Notes under the pieces: generated by a model
What the model saw: the letters and a program-made list of their open reading frames with translations, nothing else
Database searches by the model: none
What the model was told of the DNA's origin: nothing
Shown here: piece by piece, positions 9,265-18,052 of the stretch
Numbering within the stretch: position 1 is the first letter of the stretch
Layout: every line of letters begins with the position of its first letter
Source: an uncultured Acidobacteriota bacterium
GTDB taxonomy: Bacteria; Acidobacteriota; Vicinamibacteria; Fen-336
DNA length: 64,000 bases
Reading direction: 5' to 3'
Assembly (NCBI GenBank): GCA_902826455.1
Contig: CADEEV010000006.1
Location: forward strand, 44,013 to 108,012
Translations under genes and position numbers: made by a program

Positions 9265-12200
9265 GAGCGCACCCCCTCGCGCATCGCCTTCACCACGTCG
9301 TCGAGATGTCTCGACGGGCCGAGGTGGTAGGCGAGCCAGCCGTCCATGGGCTCGTCGGTCACGGGCGTCGCGGTCGTGGCGTCGCGCACCAGGGCCGCGG
9401 CCGCGCCGCGGTCGCCCGCCCGCGCCAAGGCGTAGCTCAGGGCCATGCGCGCGGCCTGCGAGCGCGGGTTCGCCGTGAGGGCGGCCTTGTAGCTCGCGAT
9501 CGCGTCGGGCAGGCGGCCGCGCGTCTCCGAGGCCTCGCCGAGGAAGAGCAGCGCGAGAACCTTCACCATCGGGTCGGCCGAGGCCGCCGCGGCCGTGAGC
9601 TCCGGCTCGGCGAGCTCGGGCTTGTCGCGGCGCAGCAGGATCCGGCCGAGCCGGAGGCGCGCCTCGGTGAGCTCGGGCCTGGCCTTGAGGGCGCGGCGGT
9701 ACAGGTCCTCGGCCTTGCCGAGAGACTGTTCACGGAACGCCTTCAGCTGGAACTGCGGCAGGGCTTGGGAGCCCGACGCGGTGGCCTGGAACGAGGTTCC
9801 CGGGGGAATGCTGTCGAGGGTCGAGCGGAAGTCCCAGATCGCGCCCAGGGCCAGGAGGGCCTCGGGGTTGCCGGCCTTCACGCTCTCGTCGAGGGCGGCC
9901 TCCGCCTCGCGCAGGCGCGCGGCGCCGAGCAGCTCGTAGCCGACCGCGAGCATCCATTGGGCGCGGAACGCCTCGTCCTTCGTCTTCTCGAGGAGCTGCC
10001 GCCCGGCAACCATGTGAGCCGAGGCGAGCGTGGCATCGCCCCGGTCCTCGGCCGCGAGACCCGCCTCGAGATGCAGGAGAGCCGCCGCGCGCCGGCAGGT
10101 GTCGTCGCAGCCCTGCCCACCCCGCGCCGCGTCGAGCGCCGGCTTCAGCTCGGCCAGCGTCCAGGCCGAGAGCGCCGCCGCGGAGGCCAGGTCGCCCTTG
10201 CGGTACGCCGCCACGAGGCCGAGGTACCCGGCGGCGTTGCGGACACCTCCCGGGGTGGCCGCGGCCGCCACCACCATCTTCGCGACGGCGGCCGGGTCGC
10301 CGACCACGAAGGACTCGGTGCGCTCGAGGGTCTTCCCCGCCACCTCGTCGCGGATCTGCAGCACCAGCTCGTAGCGGCCCTGGGGGATCTTCTCGAGGGG
10401 AACCACGAGGGTCTGCGTGAGATCGCCCTCGGGGCCGGGCGGAAGCGGGCTCGGAGGCTTGGTCGCGACCGCCTTGCCGTCGGTTCCGCGCAGCGCGTAG
10501 CCCACCGTGACCTTCGGGCCCTGAGGACTCGACGCCGCGCCGAAGACCTCGAACATGCCGAAGAGCTTCGTGCCCGGCGCGAAGTGACGGCGGGCGAGCA
10601 TCACCGGGAGCTGGCCGCCCTGCACCTCCTCGAGCAGGTCGGTGAGCACCGGGGTGCTGGTGCGCAGGCTCTCGACGTCGGGGACGACGAGGCGCTGCCG
10701 CACGGAGCCGACGCGGCCCGACTGCGGGTCGCGCACGACGAAGCGCGCCTCGTAGGAGCCGGGAGCGAGGGCGAACTCCTGCTCGAGCCCGGCCCACGGG
10801 GAGCCCTGGGGATCGGTGCGCGTGGCCTTCACCGGCAGCGTGCGCTCCTTGCGGACCGGCTCTCCCGTCTCGGGCACGACCACGGCGAGCGTCTCCACCG
10901 TGGATCCGAGACCGGCGGGATCGAGCTCGGCCTCGAGGAGGACGCTCGTGCGGCCGGCGGCGGACGGGGCCGGGCCCTGGACGTAGCTCGCGAGGCGCAG
11001 CGGCACGGCGCCCGCGTCGAAGGGCGCGTCGGCCGCGGCGCGCAGGCGCGCGGAGGACGCCACGGCCGCCGTCTGCGCCGCCCGCGCGTAGTAGCCCTTG
11101 CGGGCCCGCAGCTCGAGGCCCTCGCGCTTCACGCTGACGCTGATCTTGCGGAACGTCCCTTCCCTGGCGCCCGCAGGGGGCTCGTAGCCGAGCAGGTAGT
11201 AGCTCTCGGACTCGCGCGCGATGCGGTCGAGCCCTCCGGCGATGTCGTTGGTGTTGCGCAGGGTGAAGCCGCCCGTGTCGAGTGCCACGCTGTCGGCGCC
11301 GGCAGCGATCCGGTTGAAGTCCTCGGCGACGCTGCCGACGTCGCGCTCGTCGACGGCGCGGTTGAGGTCGGCCTGCGCCGTCCAGGCCCCGCCGGCCAGG
11401 CCGCGGGCGTCGATGAAGTACAGGGCCACGTTCGTGCGCTGGGACGCGTCGACGAGCTCCTTGCGCCGGGCGCCGTCGGGCTCGTCGATGAAGCCCTCGG
11501 ACAGCAGCAGCAGGCTCTTGCGGCCCGGGAAGCTCGAGAGCCGGTCGAGGTCCTGGGCGAGTGCCTGGAACGTCGCCGTGCGGCGGTTGAGCGCGGCGTT
11601 GTAGATGGACGTGGCCTCGGCGGTGATCCGGCCGGTGAGGAGCGCGGGGCTGTCGCTCATGAGGGCGTCCTTCGTGGCCTGGTCGGTCTCCGACGCGCCC
11701 GAGGGCGACATCCGCTCGCGCACGTCCGTCTGGGTCTCGAAGTCCAGCAGGCGCTTGCGCAGCTGCGCGATCACGGCCTCGTCGCGGCGCATCGCCCGCA
11801 TCGCCTCCCAGTCGCTGATGTGGCTCGCAGAGACGACGTTCGGCCGCTTGCCCTGGAGGGTCTCGAGGGTCGCCAGCAAGCCCGCCTTGCCCTGCGGAAG
11901 TGTCGCCTGGTAGCCGCTGCCGCCGGAGGTGGGCACGAGCCAGACGTGATCCCCTGCGCGCAGCCGGTCGAGGAACTGAGCGACACCCTTGCGGACCGCG
12001 CTCGCGGTCACGGCCGAGAGGTGGTTGTCGTCGAAGGCGAGGAGGAACACGCGGCCCTCGTCGCGCCCGGCCGACGCGTTGGTCGCGACGCCCTCGATGG
12101 GCGCTGGAAGCGCGGGCGCCGTGGTGCCCGCGAGGGCGACCGCCTGGAAGCTCGCGAGGGACTGCGGCTTGCCCTCGTCGCTCACGACGAAGTCGTCCTT

Positions 12201-12362
12201 GGTGAGGCCGCCGACCGGGCGCCCCTCCTTGTCGATCACCACGACGTCGACCAGGACGAGCTCGCTGCTGGCCCGGAACTCCGGGGTGGCCGGCTGTTGG
12301 GCGAGCGCGAGTCCGGCGCCCGCAAGGCACCACAGCGCCGCGATCGGCGATGACTTTCCCAT
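9261..12362 (-). CDS. Exported VWA-domain protein with C-terminal TPR region
   Basis: ATG 12362 (MGKSSPIAALWCLAGAGLALAQQ). Motifs ELVLVDVVVIDKEGRPV, RKSLLLLSEGF, DTGG and YYLLGY; helical TPR-like C-terminus (ALKARPELTEARLRLGRILL). Its stop overlaps the next VWA start. Confidence 0.85.
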   Translation of the reverse strand: MGKSSPIAALWCLAGAGLALAQQPATPEFRASSELVLVDVVVIDKEGRPVGGLTKDDFVVSDEGKPQSLASFQAVALAGTTAPALPAPIEGVATNASAGRDEGRVFLLAFDDNHLSAVTASAVRKGVAQFLDRLRAGDHVWLVPTSGGSGYQATLPQGKAGLLATLETLQGKRPNVVSASHISDWEAMRAMRRDEAVIAQLRKRLLDFETQTDVRERMSPSGASETDQATKDALMSDSPALLTGRITAEATSIYNAALNRRTATFQALAQDLDRLSSFPGRKSLLLLSEGFIDEPDGARRKELVDASQRTNVALYFIDARGLAGGAWTAQADLNRAVDERDVGSVAEDFNRIAAGADSVALDTGGFTLRNTNDIAGGLDRIARESESYYLLGYEPPAGAREGTFRKISVSVKREGLELRARKGYYARAAQTAAVASSARLRAAADAPFDAGAVPLRLASYVQGPAPSAAGRTSVLLEAELDPAGLGSTVETLAVVVPETGEPVRKERTLPVKATRTDPQGSPWAGLEQEFALAPGSYEARFVVRDPQSGRVGSVRQRLVVPDVESLRTSTPVLTDLLEEVQGGQLPVMLARRHFAPGTKLFGMFEVFGAASSPQGPKVTVGYALRGTDGKAVATKPPSPLPPGPEGDLTQTLVVPLEKIPQGRYELVLQIRDEVAGKTLERTESFVVGDPAAVAKMVVAAAATPGGVRNAAGYLGLVAAYRKGDLASAAALSAWTLAELKPALDAARGGQGCDDTCRRAAALLHLEAGLAAEDRGDATLASAHMVAGRQLLEKTKDEAFRAQWMLAVGYELLGAARLREAEAALDESVKAGNPEALLALGAIWDFRSTLDSIPPGTSFQATASGSQALPQFQLKAFREQSLGKAEDLYRRALKARPELTEARLRLGRILLRRDKPELAEPELTAAAASADPMVKVLALLFLGEASETRGRLPDAIASYKAALTANPRSQAARMALSYALARAGDRGAAAALVRDATTATPVTDEPMDGWLAYHLGPSRHLDDVVKAMREGVRS

Positions 12363-12447
12363 TGGCTTGCGCTCCGCCCCCGGCAGAGAATACACCCGCT
12401 TGAACTGCGTATCATCAGTACACTGGACGTCACTGAAAGGGAGATCC

Positions 12448-13173
12448 ATGCGCAAAGGACACTTCGTGTTCGTGCCCCTCGCCCTGATGGCCGTGGGTTG
12501 TTTCGAAGGCCAGCGGACGTTCAAGGTCAACGCCGACGGCAGCGGCACGATCGTGGACACCGCGAAGCTCGGCCTCCAGGCGCAGGAGATGCGCAAGGGA
12601 CTCGAGGAGATGGACAAGTCCCCGGCCGCGGAGAAGAAGGCGAAGCAGAAGGCCAAGTACGACGAGAAGGCCAAGGCCCTCGGGACCGGGGTCACGTTCG
12701 TGTCGCTCACGCCCGGCAAGGACGGCGGCACGACCGCGACCTACGCGTTCAAGGACGTCACGAAGCTCACGGCCGGCGCGATGCCCGAGCCGGACGAGAG
12801 CACGACGAGCAAGGACGAGCCCCTCGTCTTCAAGCTCTCGAAGAATGCGGCCGGCAAGAGCGTGCTCACGGTCGTCACCGCCAAGGGCAAGCCGGGCGCC
12901 AAGCCGGCGGCGCCCAAGAAGAAGCCCGAGGAGGTCGCCCAGGAGATCGGGATGATGAAGGGCATGCTCGCGGGCCTCAAGATCCGCTCGGTGGTCGAGG
13001 CGGCCGGCGCGGCGCCCGTCACGCTGCTCGCCATGGACTTCGACCAGCTCGACACCGCGGCCCTCACCAAGCTCGCGACGTCTGCGGGCGACGGGCCGCC
13101 GGACCCGGCCTCGTTGAAAGGCATCAAGGGCATCACGGTCGCCGAGCCCGAGGTCACGATCGAGTTCAAGTAG
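12448..13173 (+). CDS. Hypothetical lipoprotein
   Basis: ATG 12448 after AAAGGGAG; lipobox-like LMAVGC; followed by KVNADGSG. Confidence 0.7.
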   Translation: MRKGHFVFVPLALMAVGCFEGQRTFKVNADGSGTIVDTAKLGLQAQEMRKGLEEMDKSPAAEKKAKQKAKYDEKAKALGTGVTFVSLTPGKDGGTTATYAFKDVTKLTAGAMPEPDESTTSKDEPLVFKLSKNAAGKSVLTVVTAKGKPGAKPAAPKKKPEEVAQEIGMMKGMLAGLKIRSVVEAAGAAPVTLLAMDFDQLDTAALTKLATSAGDGPPDPASLKGIKGITVAEPEVTIEFK

Positions 13174-13177
13174 TCCG

Positions 13178-14284
13178 ATGGCCGTCGACACGCTCTCCTT
13201 GCGACAGCTCAACCGGGCGACGCTCGCGCGCCAGATGCTCCTGGCGCGCGAGGCGTCGGGCGTGGAGGCGGCCGTCGCGCGCCTGCTGGCCATGCAGGCG
13301 CAGTGGCCCCGGCCGCCCTACGTGGGTCTGTGGACCCGGCTCGCCCGCTTCGAGCGCGCCCAGCTCGACGCGCTGCTCGCGAAGCGCGCGGTGGTGCGGG
13401 CCACCTTCCTGCGCGGCACGCTCCATCTGGTGACCGCCGCGGACTACGCCGCGCTGCGGGCGACCCTTCAGCCCTCCCTCGACGCCGGGCTCTCGAGCAT
13501 CCTGAAGGATCGCCTGGACGGTCTCGACGTCGGCCGGCTCGAGGCGACCGCCCGCGGCCATTTCGCGGGGGAACCGCTCACGTTCGAGGAGCTGCGCGAC
13601 CGCTTTCTCGCCGCCGATCCGAAAGCCGACGAGCGCGCGATGGGGTACGCGGTGCGGATGCGCGTTCCCCTCGTGATGGTGCCGGACGCCGAGGAAGCGT
13701 GGGGCTTCGCGTCCAAGGCCCGCTTCACCCTCGCCGACACCTGGCTGAAGCACGAGGTGGCGACCGACGGACCGGCACGACTGGCGGACCTCGTGACCCG
13801 TACCCTCGCCGGCTATGGCCCCGCGGCCGTGACCGACCTCCAGGCCTGGACCGGCATCAAGAACCTGAAGGACGCCGTCGAGTCGCTCCGCCCGCGGCTC
13901 CGTGTGTTCCGCGACGAGCGCAAGCGCGAGCTCTACGACCTGGCGAACGCGCCGCGGCCGGCCGCGGAGACGCCGGCGCCCCTGCGCCTGCTGCCGGAGT
14001 ACGACAGCCTGATCGCGACGCGCGCCGACGAGCGCTTCGTCGCGAAGGCCGACCGCAAGAGCGTCTACCTCTCGGCCCTGAGGATCGCCGCGACCGTGCT
14101 GGTCGACGGCTTCGTGGCCGGCACCTGGAAGCTGGACGAGACGAAGGGCGTCGCGTCCCTGACGCTCACTCCGCTGCGCGCCTGGAGCCCCGCCGTGCGG
14201 CGCGAGGCCGGAGGCGAAGCGGAAGCGCTGTTGGCGTTCGCCCACCCCGGCGCCAGGCGCCGCGAGGTGCGGATCGCGAGCTGA
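13178..14284 (+). CDS. AlkZ-like (HTH_42) DNA glycosylase family protein
   Basis: LNRATLARQMLLAR, QAQ catalytic-type motif, YVGLWTRL, LRGTLHLV, LLPEYD and VDGFVAGTW. Confidence 0.85.
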   Translation: MAVDTLSLRQLNRATLARQMLLAREASGVEAAVARLLAMQAQWPRPPYVGLWTRLARFERAQLDALLAKRAVVRATFLRGTLHLVTAADYAALRATLQPSLDAGLSSILKDRLDGLDVGRLEATARGHFAGEPLTFEELRDRFLAADPKADERAMGYAVRMRVPLVMVPDAEEAWGFASKARFTLADTWLKHEVATDGPARLADLVTRTLAGYGPAAVTDLQAWTGIKNLKDAVESLRPRLRVFRDERKRELYDLANAPRPAAETPAPLRLLPEYDSLIATRADERFVAKADRKSVYLSALRIAATVLVDGFVAGTWKLDETKGVASLTLTPLRAWSPAVRREAGGEAEALLAFAHPGARRREVRIAS

Positions 14285-15064
14285 TCAGGTCGCGGGCTCG
14301 AGCAGCACCGACGTCATCGACACGGCGCTCGTGACCACGTCGTTGAAGAGCTCGACGCGATCTCCCGGCTGTTGAACGCCGAGGGCGTAGAGCAGTGGCA
14401 GGTAGTGCTCGGGCGTCGGCACGGCGAGGGCCGCCTCCGGCCCGAGGGTCGCGGGGTTCGCGAGCGGCCCGTGGTCGCCGGCCAGCAGCAGCGCGTTCGT
14501 GCGCTCGCGAAAGCCAACGGCCCAGGCGGGCTGGGCCTCGCTGTCGAACTCGTAGAGCCCCAGGTTGTGGACGATGTTGCCGCTGCCGAGGACGAGCACG
14601 CCCTCGGCGCGCAGCGGCGCGAGCTCGCGGGCCAGGGCATAGTGCCAGGCGCCGGGCCGGGTCGTGTCGAGGCCGAGCTGGAGGACCGGCACGTCCGCCT
14701 CCGGGTAGAGAGCCCGCAGCACGCTCCAGGCGCCGTGATCGAGACCGCGGTCGGGGTCGACGGCGACCGGCACGCCGCGCACGAGGCCGGCGATGCGGGC
14801 GGCGAGCGCCGGATCGCCCGGCGCCGGATAACGCACCGCGAAGAGCTCCCGCGGGAACCCATGGAAGTCGTGGATCGTGGCGGGCTGCGGCGCGGCGCTC
14901 ACGGTGGCGCCGCGGGTCTGCCAGTGGGCGGAAACGCAGAGGATCGCCCGGGGCCGGGGCAATCGTCGCCCGAGCGCGAGCCACGCGCGATGGAACGCGT
15001 TGTCCTCGATCGCGTTCATCGGCGAGCCGTGGCCGAGGAAGAGGGCCGGCAGCAACGCGGGCAT
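14285..15064 (-). CDS. ygiD: 4,5-DOPA extradiol dioxygenase (LigB family)
   Basis: ALFLGHGSPMNAI, VSAHW, TIHDFHGFP, GLDHGAW, GSGNIVHNL and PTPEHYLPL; ATG at 15064. Confidence 0.9.
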   Translation of the reverse strand: MPALLPALFLGHGSPMNAIEDNAFHRAWLALGRRLPRPRAILCVSAHWQTRGATVSAAPQPATIHDFHGFPRELFAVRYPAPGDPALAARIAGLVRGVPVAVDPDRGLDHGAWSVLRALYPEADVPVLQLGLDTTRPGAWHYALARELAPLRAEGVLVLGSGNIVHNLGLYEFDSEAQPAWAVGFRERTNALLLAGDHGPLANPATLGPEAALAVPTPEHYLPLLYALGVQQPGDRVELFNDVVTSAVSMTSVLLEPAT

Positions 15065-15070
15065 CCTCGC

Positions 15071-15076
15071 ATTGTA
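15071..15076 (-). promoter_or_regulatory. Putative sigma70 -10 element (TACAAT), 6 nt upstream of the ygiD ATG
   Basis: Plus-strand ATTGTA at 15071-15076 reads TACAAT on the minus strand. No SD lies between it and the start codon. Confidence 0.45.
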
Positions 15077-15240
15077 GGGCGCCACGCGGTTTCGCGAGAG
15101 TCGACGCAAAGATGTGAAAGTTTCGATGAGGCGATGCCTAAGGTGATGAAGCTCACACTCTCTCGTGGAAGCGGGGCGTACGGTGGGCGTTCTATCAAGT
15201 CTCATACGGGATCGCGAAAGGTCCCGGGAAACGAGGTCTC

Positions 15241-15804
15241 ATGTGGAACAAGCGCGAGGAGGAGCCTCATTCGGTCCCTTCCTCAACGCCCGTGGCGCCG
15301 GCCGCACCTTCATTCAGCAGCTCCAACAATCCAGGGAGTCCGGCCATGTCCAATGAAAATCGCGAAGCCGCATCGATCGGACCGGCGATCTCCATCGTCG
15401 GCGACCTGACGGGTGACGAAGACCTGATCGTGCTCGGCAAGGTCGAAGGCAAGATCGAAGTCCCCAAGCACAGCGTGACGGTCGGCCGCTCCGGCCGCGT
15501 CACGGCGGACATCCGGGCCAAGGTCGTCCACGTCGAAGGCGAGGTGAAGGGCAACCTGTGGGCCGCGGAGCAGATCGTGATCCGCAAGACGGCCACGATG
15601 CTGGGCAACCTGACGGCGCCGCGCGTCGGCCTCGAGGACGGTTGCCGGTTCAAGGGCAGCGTCGACATGGAGAACGCGATCGGCGACAAGAATCGCGCCG
15701 CCACCGCGCCGGTCAAGGGACCGGAGCCGGCACCTCAACGCACACCGCCGCCGCCCAACAGCGGCGGCGGCACCCGGCCCGAGGCCCAGCCCCCGCGACC
15801 CTGA
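15241..15804 (+). CDS. Bactofilin (polymer-forming cytoskeletal protein)
   Basis: Beta-helical core ASIGPAISIVGDLTGDEDLIVLGKVEGKI...VTVGRSGRVTADI...VEGEVKGNL...LEDGCRFKGSVDM, with Pro-rich termini. Confidence 0.9.
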   Translation: MWNKREEEPHSVPSSTPVAPAAPSFSSSNNPGSPAMSNENREAASIGPAISIVGDLTGDEDLIVLGKVEGKIEVPKHSVTVGRSGRVTADIRAKVVHVEGEVKGNLWAAEQIVIRKTATMLGNLTAPRVGLEDGCRFKGSVDMENAIGDKNRAATAPVKGPEPAPQRTPPPPNSGGGTRPEAQPPRP

Positions 15805-15807
15805 CGG

Positions 15808-16443
15808 ATGGGCTGGCTCTTCGGTTCACGCCCGACCACGGCCGGCCCGTCGCCGGCTGTGGCCGCGGCGGGCGTTTCCCATCGATCCCTGGCTCTCGCG
15901 GCGCTGCTCGCGAGCCTCAAGCCCGAGGCCCGCTCGCAGGTGCTCGACCTGGGTCCGCCCATGGGCGGCAACATCGAGTGGCTCTCGACGCGCGGCTGCC
16001 GCGTCTTCGTGGTGGACCTGTTCTCGTCGCTGCAGTTCGAGACGGTCGAGAGCCGCGCTCCCGAGAACTTCCCGCGCCTGCTCGAGCGCCTGCTGCCGTT
16101 CGGGCCCGACGACCGGTTCGACGCGGTGATGAGCTGGGACGTCTTCAACTACCTGCGGCCCGACCAGGTGAACGCCCTCATGTCGCGGGTCGGCCAGTGC
16201 TGCCGGCCCGGGGCGCAGGTGCTCTCGTTCATCGCCACCCACAAGGAGATGCCGGCGACGCCGCTGCGCTACCGCATCGTGGCGCCCGACTCCCTGGCCT
16301 GGGAGGGGGCGCTCACGCCGACGCGGGCCGCTCCGTGCTATCGGCAGACCGACTTCGCGCGGATCATGCCGACCTATCGCGTCAAGTCGAGCTTCCTGCT
16401 GCGCAACGGCATCCAGGAATACCTGTTCTCCGCTCGGGGCTGA
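15808..16443 (+). CDS. Class I SAM-dependent methyltransferase-like protein
   Basis: Starts 3 nt after the bactofilin stop. Motif I variant QVLDLGP, motif II RFDAVMSWDVFNYL, and CRPGAQV. Confidence 0.7.
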   Translation: MGWLFGSRPTTAGPSPAVAAAGVSHRSLALAALLASLKPEARSQVLDLGPPMGGNIEWLSTRGCRVFVVDLFSSLQFETVESRAPENFPRLLERLLPFGPDDRFDAVMSWDVFNYLRPDQVNALMSRVGQCCRPGAQVLSFIATHKEMPATPLRYRIVAPDSLAWEGALTPTRAAPCYRQTDFARIMPTYRVKSSFLLRNGIQEYLFSARG

Positions 16444-16510
16444 CGGCGCCGTCGTGAGCCGCGACTCGGACTCGCGATACGATCGCGGATCCAAGGAGCC
16501 AAGCGCGGCC

Positions 16511-18052
16511 ATGAGCAAGTCCCCTTTCGGCTGGCACCCCGAGCCGGACCTGGTCGGAATCCACGAACCCTCGTCGCGGCCGGCGCTCGAACGCCTCGGG
16601 AGCGAGGCCTGGGCGGCCGGTCTCGACTACCACTTCCTCGAAGGCCTCCGCCGCCCCGTCGGGCCCGACAGCTACCCGGAGCTGCGCGAGCGGTTGTTCG
16701 GAGCCAGCCGCATGCCGAGCCCGGCGCCGGACACGCCCACGCCCTCCTCCGAGGTCATCGACGAGTTCCGCCGGCGCCTCGCGCCGTACCAGTACAACGC
16801 CGCCCACACGCGCTCCTTCAGCTACTTCACGCCTCCCGTGCTGCCGATGTCGATCGTGGGCGAGCTGCTCGCCCAGTGGACGAACCAGGGCGTCGACGTG
16901 TGGCACGCGGGCCCCTCCGCGTCGCTCGTCGAGGAGGAGGTGATCGCGTGGCTGCGCGGCGTCGTCGGCTACGGCGACGGCAGCTTCGGCCTGCTCACGT
17001 CGGGCGGCGTGATGGCGAACCTCATCGGCATGACGCTGTCCCGCGACGTCCACCTCCGCGCGCTCCTCGGCCTCGACCGGGCGCCCCGCGGACGCGAGCT
17101 CGAGGGCCTGCGCGTCTACGCGTCGGATCAGACGCACTTCTCGATCGCACGGGCTCTCGACGTGCTCGGCTTTCCCGCCGACACGCTGCGGGTCGTGGCG
17201 TCCGACGAGCGCTTCAAGCTCCACGGCGCGCCGGTGGCCGAGGCGATCGCCGAGGACCGCCGCGCCGGCCGCCGGCCCTTCGCGATCGCCGGCGTCGCGG
17301 GCTCCACGAACACGGGCTCCGTCGACTGCATCGGCGAGCTCGCCGACGTCGCGCAGCGCGAGGGGCTCTGGCTCCACGTCGACGCGGCCTACGGCGCGGC
17401 CGCCCGGCTCTCGAAGCGCGACGCCCCGCGGGTCACCGACCTGGAGCGCGCCGACTCGGTCACCGTCGATCCCCACAAGTGGTTCTTCCAGGCCTGCGAC
17501 ATCGGCGGCCTGGTGGTGAAGCGCCGCGAGCACCTGCGCCAGACGTTCAACCGCTCGCCCGAGTACTACCGCGTCAACCGTCCCGAGGACGAGCCTCTCC
17601 ACTGGTACCAGTACTCGATCGAGGGCACGCGGCGCTTCCGGGCGCTCAAGCTCTGGCTGTCGTGGAAACACCTCGGCACCGAGGGCCTCGGGCGCCTCGT
17701 CGAGATGAACGACGACCTCGCGGCGTACTTCGCGGGACAGATCGCCGCGAGCGACGACTTCGAGGCGATTCCGCCCGTCCCCGAGCTCTCGATCCTGTGC
17801 TTCCGTCATCTCCCCGGCGGCCGGGCGAAGGCCGCGGCCCTGGATCCGGCGGCGATCGACCGCTACCAGGACCGCCTGCAGCGCGCCCTCGAGGTCTCGG
17901 GCGAGGCCTGGGTCTCGACGACGAAGCTGCGGGGCCGTACCTACCTGCGGGCCGGCGTCGTCAACTACCTCTCGACCGGGGCCGACGTCGATCGCACCCT
18001 CGCGGTGCTGCGGGAGCTGTCGTCCGCCGCGGCGCGCGAGGCCGGTCTCTAG
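16511..18052 (+). CDS. Group II PLP-dependent amino acid decarboxylase
   Basis: ATG 16511 after AAGGAG; GLLTSGGVMANL, YASDQTHFS, GSTNTGSVD, WLHVDAAYG, and VDPHKW carrying the PLP lysine. Confidence 0.9.
   Translation: MSKSPFGWHPEPDLVGIHEPSSRPALERLGSEAWAAGLDYHFLEGLRRPVGPDSYPELRERLFGASRMPSPAPDTPTPSSEVIDEFRRRLAPYQYNAAHTRSFSYFTPPVLPMSIVGELLAQWTNQGVDVWHAGPSASLVEEEVIAWLRGVVGYGDGSFGLLTSGGVMANLIGMTLSRDVHLRALLGLDRAPRGRELEGLRVYASDQTHFSIARALDVLGFPADTLRVVASDERFKLHGAPVAEAIAEDRRAGRRPFAIAGVAGSTNTGSVDCIGELADVAQREGLWLHVDAAYGAAARLSKRDAPRVTDLERADSVTVDPHKWFFQACDIGGLVVKRREHLRQTFNRSPEYYRVNRPEDEPLHWYQYSIEGTRRFRALKLWLSWKHLGTEGLGRLVEMNDDLAAYFAGQIAASDDFEAIPPVPELSILCFRHLPGGRAKAAALDPAAIDRYQDRLQRALEVSGEAWVSTTKLRGRTYLRAGVVNYLSTGADVDRTLAVLRELSSAAAREAGL

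Noticed and set aside
9306-12353. 1015-aa and 867-aa ORFs over the large VWA gene
   Set aside because: Antisense and alternate-frame shadows of the motif-bearing VWA-TPR CDS.
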